Shown: positions 1 through 4,151 of the stretch, piece by piece
Position numbering within the stretch: position 1 is the stretch's first letter
Layout of the letters: each line of letters starts with the position of its first letter
Source: a virus
IMG/VR virus record: IMGVR_UViG_2700989228_000032
Length of the DNA stretch: 5,080 nucleotides
Direction: 5' to 3' (one strand)
The notes under the pieces: generated by a model
Seen by the model: only the letters and a program-made list of their open reading frames with translations
Told to the model about the DNA's origin: nothing
Databases searched by the model: none
Translations under genes and position numbers: made by a program

Positions 1-128
1 AAAAAAAGAGGACTCGGCAAAGTCCTCTAAGTCTACGAAAGGATATAAGTATATGGCATGTTATCATCCATTGCGTGGCGCTTATACTAATAATAAGAAA
101 GCCACCGGAAAAAATCAAGTGAAAGTTT
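1..128. repeat. Terminal redundancy of a circular genome; identical to 4953-5080 (unit length 4952 nt)
   Basis: Base-by-base comparison: aaaaaaagaggactcggcaaagtcctct...aaaaaatcaagtgaaagttt occurs at both window ends with offset 4952. I saw no mismatch. Confidence 0.97.
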
Positions 129-1075
129 TCCCGGCAGCAACAACTGGGAATAAATATGTATATCAAAATATAGCTAAGCCTGAGGTTTTTGATTGTTCAG
201 ACCATGTGTTCGATTCTCGCTATTGGCGAAGATTGGAAACGTTCATGATTCCTTGTGGTCAGTGTATTGGATGTCGATTGGATTATTCTCGACGTTGGGC
301 TACTCGATTGATGTTAGAGTTACAATGTCATCAAACAGCCTATTTTATTACTCTGACCTATGACGATGACCATATTATTCGTGGTAACAAGTTAGCCTAT
401 ACACTTGTTCCTGAGGATGTTACTAATTTTATGAAGCGACTTAGAAAAGAGCAGTCAACAAGGACTGATACTAAGATTCGATTCTTTTTAGCTGGTGAGT
501 ATGGTTCTGAGACTCATAGACCTCATTATCATCTTATTGTTTACGACTGGATTCCACCGGAAAATGATCTCGTGTTTCTTAAGAATAGCTTTTCCGGTAA
601 TAAGTACTTGTATAGTCTGACTCTTAACAAGCTATGGACTCATGGCTTTAATGTAGTTGCCGATGTATGTTGGAAATCCTGCGCTTACGTTGCTCGATAT
701 ATCCTGAAAAAACATAAGGGTACAGATTCTAATGTATATGAAGATCTCGGTATTGAGCCTGAATTTTCGCGCATGTCTCGTCGTCCCGGTATTGGTAAGG
801 AATACTATGATGCTTATGCGAAAGATATGCTTTCACAAGGTTATGTGCAGATGCCGGATGGTCTTTGCGCTCCTATTCCACGTTATTTTGACCCATTTTT
901 CGAAATTGATTATCCTAAAGAATATGAGAAGTTGTCAGATGATCGTGTAGAAACTGCTAAGATGTTACAGGTTATTAAGGAATATGCAACAGAATTAGAT
1001 TATTTTGAACAGTTAGCGATTGATGAACAAGCAAAAGAATTCTGTGGAAAAATGTTGATTAGACCAAATATATAA
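53..1075 (+). CDS. VP4: Rolling-circle replication initiator protein (Microviridae VP4 / phiX174 A-like, HUH endonuclease)
   Basis: 340-aa ORF. SD GAAAGGA (37-43) lies 9 nt before the ATG. Motifs: Cys cluster CGQCIGCR (nt 254-277), FITLTYDD (nt 344-367), HUH motif HYHLIV (HYH at nt 524-532), and catalytic Tyr motif YVARYILKK (nt 686-712). The pattern is typical of gokushovirus VP4, recognised from memory. Confidence 0.93.
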   Translation: MACYHPLRGAYTNNKKATGKNQVKVFPAATTGNKYVYQNIAKPEVFDCSDHVFDSRYWRRLETFMIPCGQCIGCRLDYSRRWATRLMLELQCHQTAYFITLTYDDDHIIRGNKLAYTLVPEDVTNFMKRLRKEQSTRTDTKIRFFLAGEYGSETHRPHYHLIVYDWIPPENDLVFLKNSFSGNKYLYSLTLNKLWTHGFNVVADVCWKSCAYVARYILKKHKGTDSNVYEDLGIEPEFSRMSRRPGIGKEYYDAYAKDMLSQGYVQMPDGLCAPIPRYFDPFFEIDYPKEYEKLSDDRVETAKMLQVIKEYATELDYFEQLAIDEQAKEFCGKMLIRPNI

Positions 1076-1160
1076 TTTAAAATATATATATTATTTCTAA
1101 TACAAATGAAATAAAATTCATATTTGTTATTAAAAATAAATAAATACATATTTGATATAA

Positions 1161-1184
1161 AAGCCTAGGAAAAATCCTAGGCTT
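1161..1184 (+). terminator. Perfect 9-bp stem-loop (aagcctagg-aaaaat-cctaggctt) after the VP4 stop; possible weak intrinsic terminator or ssDNA structural element
   Basis: The arms are exact reverse complements. The stem-loop is followed by attaaatt (moderately U-rich) and preceded by AAAA, so it is at least as terminator-like on the minus strand. It lies 86 nt after the VP4 stop and 23 nt before the TTGACA hexamer. Confidence 0.4.
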
Positions 1185-1206
1185 ATTAAATTGGAGAAAA
1201 ATATGC

Positions 1207-1243
1207 TTGACAATACCCCCCCCCACCCCCCCCCAGGTATAAT
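1207..1243 (+). promoter_or_regulatory. Sigma70-like promoter hexamers TTGACA (1207-1212) and TATAAT (1238-1243) with an abnormal 25-nt spacer
   Basis: Both hexamers match consensus 6/6 and sit about 33 nt upstream of the first gene of the ORF8-VP5-VP3-VP1-VP2 block. The spacer is ata+C9+a+C9+agg = 25 nt instead of 17+/-1, so function as sequenced is doubtful. Confidence 0.4.
1216..1234. repeat. Interrupted homopolymer CCCCCCCCC-A-CCCCCCCCC (G9-T-G9 on the minus strand)
   Basis: Read directly: C at 1216-1224, A at 1225, C at 1226-1234. I noticed no other C run longer than 4 in this AT-rich genome. Confidence 0.95.
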
Positions 1244-1275
1244 ATGAGATTATAAAATAGAAAGGAGATAAGTAT

Positions 1276-1395
1276 ATGGCAGGAAAAAAAATGGTATCAA
1301 AAGGAAAAGATAGACAGATTTTCCGAAAAACTGCTGATCGCACTAAAAAAATGAATGTGCGCCCGCTATTATATCGTGGAGGTATTAGATTATGA
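1276..1395 (+). CDS. Small highly basic DNA-binding/packaging peptide (gokushovirus ORF8-like, functional analogue of phiX174 J)
   Basis: Hand-translated; it is under the 60-aa track cutoff. Sequence: MAGKKMVSKGKDRQIFRKTADRTKKMNVRPLLYRGGIRL (39 aa, 13 K/R vs 2 D). SD AAAGGAG (1261-1267) lies 8 nt before the ATG. The C-terminal RGGIRL resembles the conserved C-terminus of Chlamydia-phage ORF8-type peptides (from memory). The stop TGA 1393-1395 overlaps the next ATG (ATGA). Confidence 0.75.
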   Translation: MAGKKMVSKGKDRQIFRKTADRTKKMNVRPLLYRGGIRL

Positions 1396-1688
1396 GAAAT
1401 GGAATTGTTAATGTAGTGTATTGTTTCTTTGATGAGGTAAGTCACAATGCTATGCAGTATTATGTGCTGCCTGGCGTTGAATGGTCTGAACGTGTGTTTA
1501 AGTCTCTCGTTGCTCAGATTGCCGTTGGTGAACCTCGAGAGTATTCTTTTCGGTTAGTTGGTCGTTTCGATGGGATTATGTTTCTGGATGCTGAGAAAGT
1601 TATTATTGAAGCTAATGAAGCTGGTATTCCGGTTCCTGAAATTCTGCGAGGTGATGAGTATGTCGAAAAAGTGGCTGACAATGTATGA
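1392..1688 (+). CDS. VP5-like small non-structural protein (product assignment tentative)
   Basis: 98-aa ORF whose start overlaps the upstream stop (ATGA). SD GGAGG at 1378-1382 lies 9 nt upstream. The position (after rep and the basic peptide, before the scaffold gene) and the loose pattern hhhYxxFDxxxxxAxxxxxxP...RxF...(D/E)YxFxLVGxFD resemble gokushovirus ORF5/VP5 as I remember it. No search was run. Confidence 0.7.
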   Translation: MRNGIVNVVYCFFDEVSHNAMQYYVLPGVEWSERVFKSLVAQIAVGEPREYSFRLVGRFDGIMFLDAEKVIIEANEAGIPVPEILRGDEYVEKVADNV

Positions 1689-2172
1689 TGTATACGAGAA
1701 TCCTGTTACGGTGGAAAGCAATCCCGGAACATCTTTTCGTGAAGAGTATAAATTATCTGTAGGCAAGGATGGTCGTAAGTGTCTTACAAAGATTCGTGAT
1801 ATTGACATATCCGCATATATTAACAGTTATGCACCCGGATGTGATATGGCTGTGATTTTGAATAAGTTACAAGCTGGTTTGATTTCTACAGATTTCGATG
1901 AACACAATTGTGTTGATCTGTCTATGATGCCTCGTGATGTTGTTGATGCAATGCAGAAAACAAGGCAGTTTCGCGAGAGTTTTGCGGATTTTCCAGAAGA
2001 GGTTCAGAAACTTTTTAATTATGATTCTAACCTTTTTATTCAGAGTTTTCTTGACGGTTCTCTTGATTCCGCACTTTCTACACTTAACAAACCTGAGACT
2101 AAACCTGAGACTAAACCTGAGACTAAACCTGAGACTAAACCTGAGATTAAACCTGATGGAGGTGATGCATAA
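1660..2172 (+). CDS. VP3: Internal scaffolding protein VP3, with a C-terminal (KPET)n repeat tail
   Basis: The frame is that of track ORF 1558-2172. In-frame ATGs are at 1654, 1660 and 1681. ATG 1660 has GAGGTG (1648-1653) with GAGG 8 nt upstream. ATG 1681 (MYDVYENP...) has no SD but overlaps the upstream gene by only 8 nt. The core ...INSYAPGCDMAVILNKLQAG...DLSMMPRDVVDAMQKTRQFRESFADFPEEVQKLFNYD... matches the gokushovirus VP3 pattern from memory. Confidence 0.8.
   Translation: MSKKWLTMYDVYENPVTVESNPGTSFREEYKLSVGKDGRKCLTKIRDIDISAYINSYAPGCDMAVILNKLQAGLISTDFDEHNCVDLSMMPRDVVDAMQKTRQFRESFADFPEEVQKLFNYDSNLFIQSFLDGSLDSALSTLNKPETKPETKPETKPETKPEIKPDGGDA
2089..2156 (+). repeat. 12-nt tandem repeat aaacctgagact x4, then one C>T variant and a partial unit; in frame it encodes KPET x4-KPEI-KPD
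   Basis: Perfect units at 2089-2100, 2101-2112, 2113-2124 and 2125-2136. The variant aaacctgagatt is at 2137-2148 and the partial unit aaacctga at 2149-2156. Confidence 0.97.
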
Positions 2173-2279
2173 TGGATGGTTTACTTTTTGCTATGTTTTT
2201 TTTGATCTTAATGGATGTTGGACTTAATATTTACAGTCTAGTGCTGATTGCATCAGACTACAGAAAGGACGGTGAATGA
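2172..2279 (+). CDS. Untracked 35-aa hydrophobic ORF, a putative single-pass membrane peptide (candidate lysis or membrane-active protein)
   Basis: Hand translation: MDGLLFAMFFLILMDVGLNIYSLVLIASDYRKDGE. The ATG 2172-2174 overlaps the VP3 stop (TAATG) and the TGA 2277-2279 overlaps the VP1 ATG (ATGA). GGAGGTGAT at 2158-2166 fully complements the canonical 16S anti-SD, with GGAGG 9 nt before the ATG, the same geometry as the VP5-like gene start. Confidence 0.5.
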   Translation: MDGLLFAMFFLILMDVGLNIYSLVLIASDYRKDGE

Positions 2280-3970
2280 GTTTGTCATTTTCAAAAAATC
2301 TGATTGATGCTAACAGCTATTTTTCTACTTATAAGAGTGATCTGGAAAGACCACGTTCTCGGTTTGACAGAAGTTCTTCTATCAAGACTTCATTCAACGT
2401 TGGTGACTTAGTGCCGTTTTACCTCGATGAAGTTTTACCTGGCGATACCTTTGATGTAGAGACTAGCTTTGTGACTCGTCTACAGACTCTTATTACACCG
2501 CCGATGGATGATCTTTTCCTCGACACGTATTATTTTTTCGTTCCGTCTCGATTATGCTGGACGCATTGGAAAGAGTTTATGGGTGAATCTACAAGTGCTT
2601 GGACTTCTGATGTTGAATATCAGGTTCCTCAGCTGACGTTCTCTAAGGCTGATAAGACTGCCTTGCAAAAATCTTTGCTTGACTATTTCGGTGTTCCGAT
2701 TAATCCTGACGGTGTTCTTTCTATCAGTAGACTTCCGGTCAATGCTTACAATTTGATCTGGAACGAGTGGTTTAGAGATGAGAATTTACAAGATGAAATT
2801 CTCGTTGATATTGACGATGGTAATGTAGAGTTTGACAAGACTAATTCTGCAAAAGGCGGTGCTTTGCTTAAAGTTAATAAGTTACACGACTATTTTACTT
2901 CTGCTCTTCCTCAGCCTCAGAAAGGCGAAGATGTAACGATTAGCTCGTTGTTTGGCGATTTGCCGGTTGTCTCTCGCAGTAAAGAGCATTTTGTAGCTGG
3001 CTCTCCTGAAATGTCTCCCGTTTTCGTTCGTCGTTCGAAGAATGGAGATCCTTTAGCTGGTGAATTCTATTCTACTACTAGCACACCATCGCTTCCGTCG
3101 CATCCTAATCCTTACAGTGTTTTTAAAATTCATGGACCATTTTCTGGTTCTGACGATGGCGTTGGAATTTCGTTTTCTAATCTCTATGCTGACCCCTCCG
3201 GTGCTGATCCGCTTACTGTGAATAGTCTTAGACTTGCTTTTGCTACTCAGCAGATGCTTGAAACTGATGCTCGCTCCGGTTCTCGTTATATTGAACTTTT
3301 GCGCGGTCATTTTGGCGTTATTTCCCCGGACGGTCGCTTGCAGCGTCCTGAACTACTTAGTGCTAACCGTACACGTATCAATGTGCATCAGATTGTTCAG
3401 CAGTCTGAATCTGGTGAAACTCCGTTGGGAACAACGGCTGCTATGTCTCTGACTTCTAATACGGATAACAGTTTTACTAAATCTTTTACTGAACACGGTT
3501 TCGTTGTTGGCGTGATGTGTGCCAGATATAATCATACATATCAGCAAGGATTGCAGCGCATGTGGTCACGTAAGAATCGTTTAGACTACTATTTTCCGAT
3601 TTTAGCCAACATCGGTGAACAGCCGATTTATACTCGTGAAATCTATTATGAAAATGATGGTTTCGGCAGTCTTGACGAAGTGTTCGGTTATCAGGAAGCC
3701 TGGGCAGATTATCGTTATAAAACGTCTGTCGTTACAGGTGAAATGAGATCTGGTATTACTAATTCTTTGCAGTCTTGGCATTTTGCCGACTATTATGCAA
3801 AAAAGCCTACATTATCATCTGAATGGATTAAGGAAGACAAGACCAACGTTGACAGGACTCTTGCTGTAACTAGTAAGGTTGCTGATCAAATTTTCGGTGA
3901 TTTTTATGTCAAAAACTTGACTACTCGAGTTATGCCGGTTCATTCTATCCCGGGCTTGCACACTCTGTAA
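2276..3970 (+). CDS. VP1: Major capsid protein VP1 (phiX174 F-like jelly-roll capsid protein, gokushovirus type)
   Basis: 564-aa ORF. SD GAAAGGA (2263-2269) lies 6 nt before the ATG. Family-typical motifs (from memory): RSRFDRSSSIKTSFNVGDLVPFYLDEVLPGDTF, HDYFTSALPQPQKG, RYIELLRGHFGV...QRPELL. Confidence 0.95.
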   Translation: MSLSFSKNLIDANSYFSTYKSDLERPRSRFDRSSSIKTSFNVGDLVPFYLDEVLPGDTFDVETSFVTRLQTLITPPMDDLFLDTYYFFVPSRLCWTHWKEFMGESTSAWTSDVEYQVPQLTFSKADKTALQKSLLDYFGVPINPDGVLSISRLPVNAYNLIWNEWFRDENLQDEILVDIDDGNVEFDKTNSAKGGALLKVNKLHDYFTSALPQPQKGEDVTISSLFGDLPVVSRSKEHFVAGSPEMSPVFVRRSKNGDPLAGEFYSTTSTPSLPSHPNPYSVFKIHGPFSGSDDGVGISFSNLYADPSGADPLTVNSLRLAFATQQMLETDARSGSRYIELLRGHFGVISPDGRLQRPELLSANRTRINVHQIVQQSESGETPLGTTAAMSLTSNTDNSFTKSFTEHGFVVGVMCARYNHTYQQGLQRMWSRKNRLDYYFPILANIGEQPIYTREIYYENDGFGSLDEVFGYQEAWADYRYKTSVVTGEMRSGITNSLQSWHFADYYAKKPTLSSEWIKEDKTNVDRTLAVTSKVADQIFGDFYVKNLTTRVMPVHSIPGLHTL

Positions 3971-4019
3971 TATTTTACAACATTGTGTAACGTTCATGCT
4001 TAATTATATGTCACGGTAG

Positions 4020-4041
4020 GGACAGATGATCTCATCTGTCC
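4020..4041 (+). other. Stem-loop ggacagatg-atct-catctgtcc (9-10 bp) in the VP1-VP2 intergenic region
   Basis: Arms 4020-4029 and 4032-4041 are exact reverse complements. A second, shorter GACAG/CTGTC hairpin is at 4062-4076. Confidence 0.7.
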
Positions 4042-4081
4042 TTGATTAACTATTAATACGAGACAGGCAGTCTGTCAACTT

Positions 4082-4103
4082 CCTTTTTTCTTCGGAAAAA
4101 AGG
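4082..4103 (+). other. Stem-loop ccttttttc-TTCG-gaaaaaagg (9 bp, UUCG-type tetraloop); possible attenuator or terminator after VP1
   Basis: Exact reverse-complement arms at 4082-4090 and 4095-4103, with loop ttcg. It is followed by tggttta, a weak U tract. The 3' arm overlaps the only SD-like sequence (AAGGTGG) available to ATG 4119. Confidence 0.6.
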
Positions 4104-4151
4104 TGGTTTACAGGCTGAATGGCTTGTATTATCTCGAAAGGATGTGATACA

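Noticed and set aside
732-950. 72-aa alternative-frame ORF inside VP4; likewise 3234-3452 inside VP1
   Set aside because: Neither has a ribosome-binding site or a recognisable motif, and both are nested in strongly supported genes. These are probably chance ORFs.
1075-1101. dif/XerCD-like site, since gokushovirus prophages are known to use dif: ATTTAAAATAT matches 9/11 of the reverse-complemented E. coli XerD arm ATTTAACATAA
   Set aside because: The match sits in ~85% AT low-complexity sequence containing an (AT)n run. The putative XerC arm matches only about 5/11, and the central region would be 5 nt rather than 6. This is not distinguishable from chance without the host dif sequence.
1102-1154. 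Imperfect AT-only hairpin (acaaatgaa...ttcatatttgt, 1102-1127) and the 8-mer catatttg repeated at 1119-1126 and 1147-1154
   Set aside because: The sequence is very AT-rich, the stem has a bulge and would be low in stability, and an 8-mer repeat in this composition is unremarkable.
1077-1445. 122-aa minus-strand ORF spanning the main intergenic region and running antisense to the ORF8-like gene (contains WGGVGGG, translated from the G-tract)
   Set aside because: It has no SD and a low-complexity, AT-driven composition. It overlaps a well-supported + strand gene and regulatory signals. Microviridae genes are all on one strand. It is most likely a chance ORF.
1558-1659. Upstream extension of the VP3 ORF back to ATG 1558 (MVVSMGLCFWMLRK...)
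   Set aside because: It would overlap 131 nt of the VP5-like gene, has no SD and is composition-odd (hydrophobic and basic). The SD-backed ATG 1660 or ATG 1681 are better starts.
1554-1808. Minus-strand ORFs at 1554-1808, 3053-3310, 3353-3547, 3815-3997 and 4182-4376
   Set aside because: All are antisense to well-supported + strand genes. They are short, lack SDs and have no family resemblance.
2170-2217. 9-nt direct repeat taatggatg at 2170-2178 and 2209-2217
   Set aside because: It is short, both copies lie within the 35-aa ORF region, and I could attach no structural or functional pattern to it.
1934-2227. 97-aa alternative-frame ORF inside VP3 with an NLRL repeat
   Set aside because: The repeat is simply the 12-nt KPET array read out of frame. 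There is no SD, and the ORF is fully nested in VP3.
2202-2230. Possible internal promoter for VP1: TTGATC, 17 nt, TAATAT
   Set aside because: Each hexamer matches only 4/6, in AT-rich sequence, and it lies inside the 35-aa ORF. It is plausible but unsupported, so I did not list it as a feature.
2235-2259. Weak hairpin agtct-ag-tgc-tgatt-gca-tc-agact just upstream of the VP1 SD
   Set aside because: It has only 5+3 bp with a 2x2 internal loop, so stability is marginal, and it lies within a probable coding region.
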